57,663 nucleotides of DNA from a virus (lineage: Duplodnaviria > Caudoviricetes): positions 1 to 57,663 of the IMG/VR virus record IMGVR_UViG_3300030331_004162. One strand, 5' to 3'. Numbering within the stretch: the stretch's first letter is position 1; each line of letters begins with the position of its first letter. The notes below the pieces were generated by a model. It did not search any database. It was not told the DNA's origin and saw only the letters and a program-made list of their open reading frames with translations. Position numbers and translations under genes: made by a program. Shown piece after piece: positions 15,776-25,363 of this stretch.

Positions 15776-17284
15776 ATGGGAAATAAAATGTTGATGTCCG
15801 GCATCGGTTCATATGCTCCTCAATACATGAGCAACGGGGGTGGAGTACCGCTTGTTGGCGGCTCAAACCCTGCCGGATTAAATTTTTCCGGGGCTTTTAG
15901 TTACGACGCCTTGACGGAAGAACAAAAACAACAGCTTGCCAATATGGGCATTGGTTACAACGTAACGGGAGCCACGGGCACCGGACGGGGTGGACAGGGT
16001 GGCGCTGGAGGGGCCAAAGCCGGACAAGGTCAGACGCCACTGCCTTCTTATTTGTACTTTGACGGCAACATGGTTGTACCGTACCGCGAAACCAATAACC
16101 GTCAGATGATAGACACGTTACGTCTTTTAGGTCTGGTAAGCGATGAGGACTACGCGTGGTTTAGTAATTATTTTAAAAATGAGCGCGGAGATGCTACGTG
16201 GCTCAATTCTTATTTTAATCGTCCGGATGAGAACTTTCAGAGAGAACGGTTTTTTGAACGCACAGACTTTGACGATGAGACAGACGCGAGATGGAACCGG
16301 ATATTTGATTCGATAGATGCGGCCAGCAAAACGGGCGGCTTTGCGACAGACGATAATTTCTTGATGCAGTATACCGACCAAGGGATTCGCTCTACTTTTG
16401 GCGCGGTGCGTCCTATGGGCGGTACGCCAAGGTCGCCCTTTTTTACGACTAGTGATGTGCTTGTTGATTCTTCGGAACAACCTAACCTTTACACTTACAA
16501 CGATGGTCAGTTTGATCCCATGACCCAACCGGCCCCGGTAAATCCATACCAGACTCCGGCGTCTGATTTAGCTTATCCGTATGTCCCACCCTCTGGCCCA
16601 ACGCCCACATTGACTGCTACGACGGCTGACGCACAGCCGGTCAACTTGGAGGATACACAGGGCCGTGGAGATATTTACACGCCTACTGCCACGCCTACTC
16701 CCGTAACGCAAACTACTACTCCTGTCACTACCGCCCCTACCCCTACCCCGACGCCCTTTGTTGACGAAGAGCTTATGGCATTGGATGACGAGCAGAAAAG
16801 TGTGTACGACGTTGTTAAATTTCTTGTGGAAAGCCGTCGGGGCGATCAGCTAACAAACGCTGAAGCCAACCAAATTTTGACGGCTTATGATGCAACAGGA
16901 CGAGATTCAACAAAGCTTCAGAGTCTAATTGCTGGGGATGTCAGCGGACAGGGCAATATTGACGTAGATCCCGGTGACGTGGCTTTGGCTCAAGGGCAAG
17001 CAATTTCGTCCACACCTTTTGTGCCTACCGGTGGGACAGGATTAACTTCTACACAAGCCGCACTCAAAGCCATGGAAGAGCGTAAAGCCGCCGAAGCACA
17101 GGCGGGGCAGTTCGCTATGGGTGGCATTGTGGATTTGACCGGCGGCATGGACATGTCGATGACCGGCCAAGGGTTAGAGACTTTCCTGAATCCAGAACGA
17201 TCTAAAGCGACCCTTCGCCGTAACCTCGCGAAAACCGCACCACGGCCCACGATGCAAACGGGCATCATGCCCATGGCCCGATAA
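15776..17284 (+). CDS. hypothetical low-complexity protein (possible virion protein)
   Basis: 502 aa; Pro/Thr-rich linker; YMSNGG and FAMGG motifs; lies between terL and portal. Confidence 0.7.
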   Translation: MGNKMLMSGIGSYAPQYMSNGGGVPLVGGSNPAGLNFSGAFSYDALTEEQKQQLANMGIGYNVTGATGTGRGGQGGAGGAKAGQGQTPLPSYLYFDGNMVVPYRETNNRQMIDTLRLLGLVSDEDYAWFSNYFKNERGDATWLNSYFNRPDENFQRERFFERTDFDDETDARWNRIFDSIDAASKTGGFATDDNFLMQYTDQGIRSTFGAVRPMGGTPRSPFFTTSDVLVDSSEQPNLYTYNDGQFDPMTQPAPVNPYQTPASDLAYPYVPPSGPTPTLTATTADAQPVNLEDTQGRGDIYTPTATPTPVTQTTTPVTTAPTPTPTPFVDEELMALDDEQKSVYDVVKFLVESRRGDQLTNAEANQILTAYDATGRDSTKLQSLIAGDVSGQGNIDVDPGDVALAQGQAISSTPFVPTGGTGLTSTQAALKAMEERKAAEAQAGQFAMGGIVDLTGGMDMSMTGQGLETFLNPERSKATLRRNLAKTAPRPTMQTGIMPMAR

Positions 17285-17285
17285 C

Positions 17286-17798
17286 ATGTCAGATGGAATA
17301 ATGGGGTTAATTAATGAAGCGCGGGCTTACGCAGAATCAAAGTACGCGGCACATTTAGGAATGGACGACGACGCTATTGCTTGGGCCAATTCTGTTGGAG
17401 AAAAATACGGAAAAGCCGGTCAGTTTGATGGAACAGCCGATGCCGCAAGACATATAGCTTTAGGGTGGCTAACTACGCAGACACCGGACCCAGAGCGCGC
17501 TTTTAAATCAATTCAAAACCGTGAAGATTTTGGACTAGATCGTATTTCTGAATTTTTTAATCCCGAACATCGTGGTCGTCGGATGGATTTGCATAACAAC
17601 CGGTTAGGTTACGAGCTTCCGGCTAAGACAAGAGACGAAGCTGAAAAACTCATTAATCAGCTTATTCTTTCTAAAGAAGCTGAATATATGACCCCCGAAG
17701 AAAGCCGCAAAATGAGAGGCTATGCTATGGGCGGTGAAGCGCGATATGATATAAGACGCGGCGTGGGCGCATTTGCCCCATACACTAGGAGTGCCTGA
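17286..17798 (+). CDS. hypothetical protein
   Basis: 170 aa; DAARH...MDLHNNRLG motif; C-terminal YAMGG. Confidence 0.7.
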   Translation: MSDGIMGLINEARAYAESKYAAHLGMDDDAIAWANSVGEKYGKAGQFDGTADAARHIALGWLTTQTPDPERAFKSIQNREDFGLDRISEFFNPEHRGRRMDLHNNRLGYELPAKTRDEAEKLINQLILSKEAEYMTPEESRKMRGYAMGGEARYDIRRGVGAFAPYTRSA

Positions 17799-20233
17799 TG
17801 GCCAATGGTGACGATAAAGCACAGCTATCTTCGTTGATGGATAGCACGGCCCCTCGTTCTGAATTAGAAGATGCCGATCTTGAGTTGGACATTGAGATAG
17901 CCGCACCCGGTACTTTTGTAGGTAAAGTCAACGAGGTTTTGCCGGAAGGCATAGAGATTGAGGCCGAAGAAGATGGTGGAGTTACTGTCGATTTTGATCC
18001 TATGGCCATGGTTGGCCTTGATGACGGCGATTTCTATCGCAACTTGGCAGAGGAGTTGGACGATAGAGAGCTTGGCCGCCTATCTTCAGAGCTTTTAGGC
18101 GAGTTTGAAGCTAACAAATCTTCGCGTTCCGAGTGGGAGGACGCGTATTCCAAGGGCTTGGAGCTTTTGGGGTACAATTACGAAGAGCGCACAATGCCCT
18201 TTAGAGGGGCCACGGGCGTAACTCACCCATTGCTTGCAGAAGCGGCCACACAGTTTCAGGCACAGGCATTTAATGAGCTTTTGCCGCCGTCAGGGCCTGT
18301 TCGCACCCAGATTATTGGTGAAAAGACGCGAGAAAACGAAGCGCAGGCGTTTCGTGTAAAAGAGTTTATGAACTACTACATCACCAACGTGATGGAGGAG
18401 TACACGCCTGAGTTTGATCAGATGCTGTTTTACCTGCCGCTGGCCGGTTCTACTTTCAAGAAAGTTTATTATGACGAGGCGATAGATCGCGCTGTCAGCA
18501 AGTTTGTCCCCGCAGAGGACATTGTGGTGCCGTATGGTGCCAGTGATTTAGATTCTTGTGAAAACATCACTCAGGTCGTGAAGATGACTTTAAATGATCT
18601 GCGTATCCGGCAGGTCATGGGTTTTTACAGGGACATCCCCGTTATTCCGGCGCAAGGCGCAGAAGACGAGATTACGGGTGAGATCAATAAACTAGATGGG
18701 GTAGAACCCAGCAATCTGGATTATGACTGCACTTTGCTTGAGTGCCACGTCAATCTGGACCTAGAAGGTTTTGAAGACACGGGGGAAGATGGCGAGCCAA
18801 CGGGCATCAAAGTTCCGTATATCGTCACGATAAGCGAAGATAGCGGCCAAGTTCTGTCTATTCGACGCAATTTTAAAGAAGAAGACGACGTAAAGAAAAA
18901 GATCCAGTATTTCGTGCACTACAAGTTTTTGCCGGGTTTTGGATTTTACGGCCTTGGTTTAATCCATACCATTGGTGGCCTGTCTCGCACAGCCACTGCG
19001 GCCTTACGTCAGTTGATTGATGCGGGTACGTTGTCGAATCTACCGGCAGGTTTCAAGGCCCGTGGCCTACGGGTCAGGGACGATGAAGAACCGCTACAGC
19101 CCGGTGAGTTTAGGGATGTAGATGCGCCCGGTGGGGCTATCAGGGACTCTTTAATGCCGTTGCCGTTCAAGGGTCCAGACACCACGTTGTTCCAGCTTCT
19201 GGGCTTTGTGGTAGATGCGGGTCGTCGGTTCGCGACGATTACGGACATGAAAGTGGGCGATGGTAACCAGCAGGCGGCTGTCGGAACGACGGTAGCGTTG
19301 TTGGAACAGGGCTCACGGGTCATGAGTGCGGTGCATAAACGTCTGCACTATGGGATGCGTCAGGAGTTCAAGCTTCTCGCGCGGGTAATGTCCGAGTATT
19401 TGCCGCAGGAATACCCTTATGCGGTGATGGGGGGTGATCGTGCGATCATGCAACGGGACTTTGATGACCGGATAGACGTTGTTCCGGTATCAAACCCCAA
19501 CTCTTTCTCGCAGGCACAGCGTATTTCACTGGCGCAAGCCCAGCTACAGATGGCCATGCAGGCCCCTCAAATGCATGATATGCATGAAGCATATCGTCGT
19601 ATGTATGAGGCTTTGGGGGTCAATGACGTAGACAAAATATTGATAGCGCCGTCCTCAGACGATCCAATACCAAAAGATCCCGCACAGGAAAACATGGATG
19701 TTCTTGATGGTGTTCAGTTGAAGGCCTTTGAGGGTCAGGACCATGATGCACACATTATGGCGCATTTAATTTTTTCGACTTCTCCTACATTACAGGCGAT
19801 GCCTACTGCCGCGATAGCTCTTCAAAAGCACATCATTGAACATGTGAAATTGAAATGTCAGGAAATGGCTACGGCACAAATGTTGCAACGAACCGGTGGC
19901 CAACCTTTGAACGCGGACATGGAGCTTGAGTTAGAAGCCATGGTCGCTCAAATCAATGCACAAGAGTTTGCCAAGCTGAAACAGCTTACAGCACAGATCA
20001 CGGGCCAGAACCAAGGTGACCCGCTGGTGCAACTCAAGCAACAGGAGCTTCAGTTGGATGCTCAGAAGCAACAGGCAGAGTTGCAGATGGATCAGGCAGA
20101 GTTGCAGATGGATCAACAACGTATGGCTAACAAGCAGACTGAGTTCCAGCAACGACTTGCTAGTCAGGAACGACAGACGCAGGCTAGAATCGACGCGGCT
20201 TTACAACGTGAATTGTTAAAACGAGGTAATTGA
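17798..20233 (+). CDS. portal protein
   Basis: 811 aa downstream of terL; HPLLAEAATQFQA, LAGSTFKKVYYD, GFYGLGLIH; Gln-rich coiled-coil C-terminus like a P22-type barrel. Confidence 0.9.
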   Translation: MANGDDKAQLSSLMDSTAPRSELEDADLELDIEIAAPGTFVGKVNEVLPEGIEIEAEEDGGVTVDFDPMAMVGLDDGDFYRNLAEELDDRELGRLSSELLGEFEANKSSRSEWEDAYSKGLELLGYNYEERTMPFRGATGVTHPLLAEAATQFQAQAFNELLPPSGPVRTQIIGEKTRENEAQAFRVKEFMNYYITNVMEEYTPEFDQMLFYLPLAGSTFKKVYYDEAIDRAVSKFVPAEDIVVPYGASDLDSCENITQVVKMTLNDLRIRQVMGFYRDIPVIPAQGAEDEITGEINKLDGVEPSNLDYDCTLLECHVNLDLEGFEDTGEDGEPTGIKVPYIVTISEDSGQVLSIRRNFKEEDDVKKKIQYFVHYKFLPGFGFYGLGLIHTIGGLSRTATAALRQLIDAGTLSNLPAGFKARGLRVRDDEEPLQPGEFRDVDAPGGAIRDSLMPLPFKGPDTTLFQLLGFVVDAGRRFATITDMKVGDGNQQAAVGTTVALLEQGSRVMSAVHKRLHYGMRQEFKLLARVMSEYLPQEYPYAVMGGDRAIMQRDFDDRIDVVPVSNPNSFSQAQRISLAQAQLQMAMQAPQMHDMHEAYRRMYEALGVNDVDKILIAPSSDDPIPKDPAQENMDVLDGVQLKAFEGQDHDAHIMAHLIFSTSPTLQAMPTAAIALQKHIIEHVKLKCQEMATAQMLQRTGGQPLNADMELELEAMVAQINAQEFAKLKQLTAQITGQNQGDPLVQLKQQELQLDAQKQQAELQMDQAELQMDQQRMANKQTEFQQRLASQERQTQARIDAALQRELLKRGN

Positions 20234-20234
20234 T

Positions 20235-20435
20235 ATGAGAGTTAAAGTAGACGGCGCACCGCCCAAGAACCCCCCAAACCCTGTAGCCAAGGCCGATATT
20301 CAAGGTCAAGGCTCTATTCCTTATGCTGTAGCAAAAGAGGAAAAGACTCCGGATATTACGTTTGCCAAGGTAACTACAGGCAAAAAGCGTGGTATGGGGG
20401 CGGCTTTACGTGGCTCACGCTTCACTAACGCTTAA
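20235..20435 (+). CDS. small conserved protein downstream of portal
   Basis: C-terminal RGMGAALRG motif; GAGG SD. Confidence 0.65.
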   Translation: MRVKVDGAPPKNPPNPVAKADIQGQGSIPYAVAKEEKTPDITFAKVTTGKKRGMGAALRGSRFTNA

Positions 20436-20449
20436 TTTAGGGGGTTTTG

Positions 20450-20851
20450 ATGCTACAAGCACTGATAGGTCCTGTTACCGGTTTACTGGATAAGTTTATA
20501 CCGGACGCTGACGAAAAGGCGAAGCTTGCACATGAAATTGCAACAATGTCCGAGCGTCATGCTCAAGAGCTTGCAAAAGGTCAGATTGAGATTAACAAGG
20601 CCGAAGCGGCACACAAGTCTATGTTTGTCGCGGGCTGGCGACCATTTGTTGGGTGGACTTGCGGTGTTGCTCTGGCTTGGCACTTTGTCGGCCAGCCTAT
20701 TGCTGTTTTTGTCATCACATTTGCTGGTGTGGAAGCCCCTCCGTTACCTGTGTTTGAAATGGAGAGCCTTCTTACAGTTTTGCTTGGGATGTTGGGCCTC
20801 GGTGGTCTACGGACCTTTGAGAAGACCAAACAGGTAGCTCGCGAAAAATGA
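20450..20851 (+). CDS. holin (3TM/GTA-type holin family)
   Basis: LIGPVTGLLDKFIPD...WRPFVGWTCG...LLGMLGLGGLRTFEK. Confidence 0.85.
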   Translation: MLQALIGPVTGLLDKFIPDADEKAKLAHEIATMSERHAQELAKGQIEINKAEAAHKSMFVAGWRPFVGWTCGVALAWHFVGQPIAVFVITFAGVEAPPLPVFEMESLLTVLLGMLGLGGLRTFEKTKQVAREK

Positions 20852-21018
20852 AATGTTATGACTGCCAAACTGAACTGATCTGGGGCGGCGATCACGATAA
20901 TGATCGTGACGATGAGCATTTAATCGAAACTAATCTTTCTTGTCCCGAATGCGGTGCGTTTGTAGTGGTTTGGTGGGGAAAGAAAGAGGACGAAAATCTT
21001 GACGCCAGAACAGCTTAA
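20848..21018 (+). CDS. small zinc-ribbon protein (56 aa)
   Basis: Own translation MKCYDCQTELIWGGDHD...NLSCPECGA; ATGA overlap. Confidence 0.7.
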   Translation: MKCYDCQTELIWGGDHDNDRDDEHLIETNLSCPECGAFVVVWWGKKEDENLDARTA

Positions 21019-21193
21019 CGCGTGGCGTATCATCCCGCGGATACTCATGTTTGCCATGATTGCCATGACATACCGGACGGTTGAGTGGTTTATGTCTTTG
21101 CCTGACCCCAATCCCGAGCAAGCGGCACTGGTGTCTGTGATGACGGGCGCTCTGACCGGCTCATTTGGTTTGTTTCTTGGGAAAAAAGAGTGA
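20999..21193 (+). CDS. small two-TM membrane protein (lysis cassette)
   Basis: WRIIPRI followed by two hydrophobic helices; TTG start with GAGG SD. Confidence 0.7.
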   Translation: MTPEQLNAWRIIPRILMFAMIAMTYRTVEWFMSLPDPNPEQAALVSVMTGALTGSFGLFLGKKE

Positions 21194-21540
21194 GCGAGTT
21201 TAAATACTTCAAGCTGTCTGATTTTAACTGTCAGGAGACAGGTGAGAACGAGATGGACTTGGACTTTATCAGGAGTCTTGACGAGCTAAGAGAAGCCTGC
21301 GGCTTTCCGTTCATAGTTAACTCTGGATTCAGGTCTGCCAGTCATAGCGTAGAGGCAAAGAAGTCAAAGCCGGGAATGCACAACTCGGGAGTTGCTGTTG
21401 ACATATCAGTAGCAGACGGTGTGCAAAGACTGGCAGTTGTGCAAAAAGCTATAGAGCATGGATTTACAGGCATTGGCGTAGCCAAGACATTTGTTCATGT
21501 AGACAAAAGAACCTCTACTCCGGTGATGTGGACATATTAG
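21190..21540 (+). CDS. endolysin, peptidase M15A family
   Basis: SGFRS, HNSGVAVDI and FVHVD zinc-ligand pattern. Confidence 0.88.
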   Translation: MSEFKYFKLSDFNCQETGENEMDLDFIRSLDELREACGFPFIVNSGFRSASHSVEAKKSKPGMHNSGVAVDISVADGVQRLAVVQKAIEHGFTGIGVAKTFVHVDKRTSTPVMWTY

Positions 21541-21596
21541 TTGCTCCTTTTAGACTGTCGTGGTATATAGATAAGACTTTCTGAGATGGAGCGCAT

Positions 21597-21794
21597 GTGG
21601 ACTCATTACACCTAGTTCAATTTATACAAAAGGTTATAAAGGAACGTCGCACACAAGTCTTAGAATTGTTGGAAAACAATAGCGTAAAGTCGATGGAGCA
21701 GTACCAAAACCTTATGGGGGAGCTATCGGCTTTGAATCATGTAGCACAGGAACTCTCGGGCCTGCTAGAAAAACAGGAGCAACTAAATGACTGA
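21597..21794 (+). CDS. conserved hypothetical protein upstream of GroES
   Basis: 65-aa helical ORF with GGAG SD. Confidence 0.7.
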   Translation: MDSLHLVQFIQKVIKERRTQVLELLENNSVKSMEQYQNLMGELSALNHVAQELSGLLEKQEQLND

Positions 21795-22233
21795 TCTAGC
21801 TGAAGAAATTGACCTAGACGCCGCCGCAGAAGGCGTCAAATCCCTTTACAAAGCTCCACAGCCCAAGGTACTTGACCCCGAGGCCATGGACAAAAGTCTT
21901 TTGGAGCGTATGCCACAGCCCACCGGCTGGCGCATGTTAATCCTCCCATACCGCGGTAAAGAAACCACGGAAGGCGGTATTTATATTCCCAATCAAGTCT
22001 TGAACGACACTCAGCTTCAGACTGTCGTGGGATATGTCGTTAAGCAAGGCCCCCTTTGCTACAAAGACGCTGAAAAGTTCCCTGACGGCCCATGGTGCAC
22101 CGAAAAACAGTGGGTAATCTTTGCTCGTTATGCTGGTTCTCGGTTCCGTATTGACGGCGGGGAGTGCAGGATTTTGAATGATGACGAAATCTTAGCGACT
22201 ATTGACGATCCAGAAGACATTCTTAGTTTGTAA
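21787..22233 (+). CDS. groES: phage co-chaperonin GroES
   Basis: PTGWRMLILP, TEGGIYIP, VIFARYAGS, ILNDDEILATI. Confidence 0.9.
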   Translation: MTDLAEEIDLDAAAEGVKSLYKAPQPKVLDPEAMDKSLLERMPQPTGWRMLILPYRGKETTEGGIYIPNQVLNDTQLQTVVGYVVKQGPLCYKDAEKFPDGPWCTEKQWVIFARYAGSRFRIDGGECRILNDDEILATIDDPEDILSL

Positions 22234-22245
22234 AGGAGAAGCACC

Positions 22246-23166
22246 ATGGGAGAACCTGCTGAAGAACCTCAATTTGAATTAGATGTGGGAGATGCTGAAG
22301 CCACAGAGGTGGAGATTGAGCAACCTGAAGAAGATGTTCCACGTGGAACAACTGATTCGGAAGAACCTGTGATTGAGGTAGAGCAAGAAGCCTCGCCTGA
22401 CGACGAAATGGCCGAGTACAGCGAATCTGTACAGAAACGCATTAATCGTTTGACTAAAAAAATGCGCGAAGCCGAGCGTCGTGAAGAAGAGGCCCTGAAG
22501 TTTGCACAAAATGTGCAGGCCGAATCAGAACAAATCAAACAGAGGATGCAAAACCTAGATCAAGGTTTTATGACCGAATACGGTCAGCGCATCCAACTCC
22601 AACAACAGCAGGCTGAAGCGGCCCTCAAACGCGCTGTTGAGTTAGGTGATGCAGAAGGAACCGTAGTCGCTCAGAAAGAACTGACGGATATCACCATTGC
22701 GGCTAACCAATATGCTCAAGCTCAGAGACGTGCTGAAGCTAATCAACAGGTTCCGCAACAACAGGCTCCACAAGCCGCACCGCAACAACAAGCCCCACAA
22801 CAGCCTCAAAGGCCTGATCCCAAAGCAGAGCAGTGGGCGGAAAAAAACTCTTGGTTTGGTCAAGACGAGGCAATGACTTTTGCCGCCTTTGGAATTCACA
22901 AAAAATTAGTGGAAGACGAGGGGTTTGACCCGCAAGGGGATGACTACTACAATGAATTGGACTCTAGAATTAAGCGGGAGTTCCCGCATAAATTTGGAGA
23001 GGAGCAATCCACTGGCCGCAAGCCCGCTCAGAATGTTGCCGGTGTCTCACGCTCCACCAAAACTGGGCGCAGTGGTAAAAGGGTCAAACTCTCCCCGACC
23101 CAAGTAACAATTGCTAAAAAGTTGGGAGTGCCGCTTGAAGAATACGCGAAATACGTAAAGGAGTAA
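22246..23166 (+). CDS. capsid scaffolding protein (putative)
   Basis: Acidic N-terminus, coiled coil, C-terminal IAKKLGVPLEEYAK; upstream of the MCP. Confidence 0.7.
   Translation: MGEPAEEPQFELDVGDAEATEVEIEQPEEDVPRGTTDSEEPVIEVEQEASPDDEMAEYSESVQKRINRLTKKMREAERREEEALKFAQNVQAESEQIKQRMQNLDQGFMTEYGQRIQLQQQQAEAALKRAVELGDAEGTVVAQKELTDITIAANQYAQAQRRAEANQQVPQQQAPQAAPQQQAPQQPQRPDPKAEQWAEKNSWFGQDEAMTFAAFGIHKKLVEDEGFDPQGDDYYNELDSRIKREFPHKFGEEQSTGRKPAQNVAGVSRSTKTGRSGKRVKLSPTQVTIAKKLGVPLEEYAKYVKE
22335..22350. promoter_or_regulatory. parS: parS centromere-like site 2 (inside the scaffold gene, within the DVPRGT codons)
   Basis: Perfect TGTTCCACGTGGAACA. Confidence 0.85.
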
Positions 23167-23170
23167 GACT

Positions 23171-23653
23171 ATGTCCACAGAGAAGAAAGGCTTTGAGGGC
23201 ATTAACCGCTCCTCACGTGAAACAGCGTCAAGGGAGACACAGGGACGGCGTAAGCCTTGGACTCCCCCGTCTATGTTAGACGCCCCGCCCGCACCAGAGG
23301 GCTTTAAACATCGTTGGATACGCGCCGAAGTAAGGGGTTTTGACGACACCAAGAATATTTCGGCAAGGTTGCGAGAAGGCTATGAGCTTGTTCGCCAAGA
23401 TGAGTATCCAGATTTTGAAGCACCGGTAATTGATTCGGGTAAATATGAGGGTGTGTTTGGTGTTGGCGGATTGATGCTCGCTCGTATACCGTTGGAAACA
23501 GTAGAAGAACGCGCTGAGTATTTTGCTCAACGTAACGCGGACCAGATCGAAGCTGTGGAAAGCGATATGATGCGAGAAAACGCTCATCCAACGATGGCAA
23601 TCGGTAAACCCGAACGCCAGAGTCGTGTAACTTTTGGCGGCCCCAAAAAATAG
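23171..23653 (+). CDS. conserved head-module protein
   Basis: PWTPPSMLDAP...HRWIR...REGYELV...GVGGLMLARIP. Confidence 0.75.
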   Translation: MSTEKKGFEGINRSSRETASRETQGRRKPWTPPSMLDAPPAPEGFKHRWIRAEVRGFDDTKNISARLREGYELVRQDEYPDFEAPVIDSGKYEGVFGVGGLMLARIPLETVEERAEYFAQRNADQIEAVESDMMRENAHPTMAIGKPERQSRVTFGGPKK

Positions 23654-23679
23654 GGCCGCACAGAATGGAGAACTAAGTT

Positions 23680-24330
23680 ATGGCAAATCAAGAAACTGCC
23701 TTTGGTCTTCGTCCTGTAGGTCTGGTAGGAAGCGGTGTTAACAGCACCGGAGTTACTCAGTATGAAATTGCTAGTAACAACACTAATGCTATTTTTAACG
23801 GAAGCATCTGTGTTCCCACTGCCGCAGGCGTTATAGACCAAGCTGGAGCTACAAGTGGCGGCACTACGCAAGCCCTTGGCGTTCTGGTAGGGGTTGAATA
23901 TCAAGACGCCACACAAAAGAAACCTGTGTTTCTTAATTACTGGCCCGGATCAGGAAGCGTATCGGTAGATACCAATTTTCCTGTAAAGGCTCTTGTGGCT
24001 GATAACCCTGATCAACTGTTCGTCGTTGCGGCGGATGCATCTCTCACTGACCGAGCTACTGCATTAACGGCTGTTTTTGCTAACGCAAGTCTGGGAACTT
24101 CTGCCCGTACCGGTTCTACCGATACAGGCAAGTCAAATTCTCAGCTTTCTGTAAGCAGTATTGCTGTTACTGCTACGCTACCTTTGCGTATCGTAGGTTT
24201 GGTTGATGATGAAGCTAATCAAGATTACGCTTCAGTAGGGGCACATCTGCTTGTTCGATTGAACGCTCATTTCAACGCTGGCACACGTGGTTTTGCTTCA
24301 CAAACCACTGCCGACTCAACCGGCATTTAA
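23680..24330 (+). CDS. putative capsid decoration/minor capsid protein
   Basis: MANQETAFGLRPV start; small-residue-rich; immediately before the MCP. Confidence 0.65.
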   Translation: MANQETAFGLRPVGLVGSGVNSTGVTQYEIASNNTNAIFNGSICVPTAAGVIDQAGATSGGTTQALGVLVGVEYQDATQKKPVFLNYWPGSGSVSVDTNFPVKALVADNPDQLFVVAADASLTDRATALTAVFANASLGTSARTGSTDTGKSNSQLSVSSIAVTATLPLRIVGLVDDEANQDYASVGAHLLVRLNAHFNAGTRGFASQTTADSTGI

Positions 24331-24343
24331 GGGGGATTAAGTA

Positions 24344-25249
24344 ATGGCTATTTCTCGCGCACAGTTGGCGAAGGAACTTGAGCCGGGGCTTAACGCTCTT
24401 TTCGGACTTGAGTATGATCGCTACGAGCAAGAACACTCTGAAATCTTTGAAGAAGAGACTTCAGATCGTGCTTTTGAAGAAGAAGTAATGCTGTCTGGCT
24501 TCGGCACTGCGCCGGTTAAGTCAGAAGGTGGTGCTATTTCGTTTGATGACGCGCAGGAGACATTTACTGCACGTTATACTCACGAAACGATTGCACTGGC
24601 ATTTTCAATCACCGAAGAGGCGATTGAAGACAACCTGTATGACCGCCTTGCTTCTCGTTACACTCGTGCTTTGGCACGATCCATGTCCCAGACCAAGCAG
24701 ATTAAGGCCGCTTCAATTCTGAACAACGCCTTTAGCACCGGTTCTCCTGTTGGAGATGGTGCCGCTCTCTGCTCTTCGGCTCACCCGTCCCTTTCAGGGA
24801 ACCAGCGTAACTTGCTGTCAACTGCCGCTGACCTCAACGAGACTTCTCTTGAGCAGATGTTGATTGACATTGCCGGTTTCACGGATGAGCGTGGTCTGAA
24901 GATCGCGGTACGTGGTATGAAGTTGATTATTCCTAAAGAACTGCAATTTATTGCGGAAAGAGTAATTAACTCTAACCTAAGAACTGCCACGGCGGACAAC
25001 GACCTAAATGCCATGAAATCCATGGGCATGCTCCCAGATGGGGCGGTAGTTAATCATTTCTTGACCGACACAGATGCGTTCTTCATTAAGACTGACGCAC
25101 CTAACGGTTTTAAAATGTTTAACAGAAGCCCCATCAAGACTGCCATGGAAGGTGACTTTGATACTGGAAACATGCGTTTTAAAGCGCGTGAGCGATACAG
25201 TTTTGGAGTTTCCGATTGGCGTTGTGTTTTTGCCACACCGGGTGCTTAA
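24344..25249 (+). CDS. major capsid protein
   Basis: MAISRAQLAKELEPGLNALFGLEY...KARERYSFGVSDWR; followed by a strong terminator. Confidence 0.9.
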   Translation: MAISRAQLAKELEPGLNALFGLEYDRYEQEHSEIFEEETSDRAFEEEVMLSGFGTAPVKSEGGAISFDDAQETFTARYTHETIALAFSITEEAIEDNLYDRLASRYTRALARSMSQTKQIKAASILNNAFSTGSPVGDGAALCSSAHPSLSGNQRNLLSTAADLNETSLEQMLIDIAGFTDERGLKIAVRGMKLIIPKELQFIAERVINSNLRTATADNDLNAMKSMGMLPDGAVVNHFLTDTDAFFIKTDAPNGFKMFNRSPIKTAMEGDFDTGNMRFKARERYSFGVSDWRCVFATPGA

Positions 25250-25253
25250 AAAC

Positions 25254-25278
25254 AAAGCCGCCTTCGGGCGGCTTTTTT
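25254..25278 (+). terminator. intrinsic terminator after the MCP
   Basis: AAAGCCGCC-TTCG-GGCGGCTTTTTT. Confidence 0.92.
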
Positions 25279-25293
25279 GTTCCACGTGGAACA
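25278..25293. promoter_or_regulatory. parS: parS centromere-like site 3 (intergenic, over the -35 of a putative promoter)
   Basis: Perfect TGTTCCACGTGGAACA; TG-t-TAGTAT at 25298-25306. Confidence 0.85.
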
Positions 25294-25363
25294 TTTATGT
25301 TAGTATAAATTTTTCCTGACAGCCTCATACTGAGGTTGACACTGGCCACGACAGGAGAACCTC

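Noticed and set aside
23209-23224. Possible fourth parS (CTCCTCACGTGAAACA)
   Set aside because: Only one intact half-site (4 mismatches), and it lies in coding sequence (RSSRET); at most a weak site.
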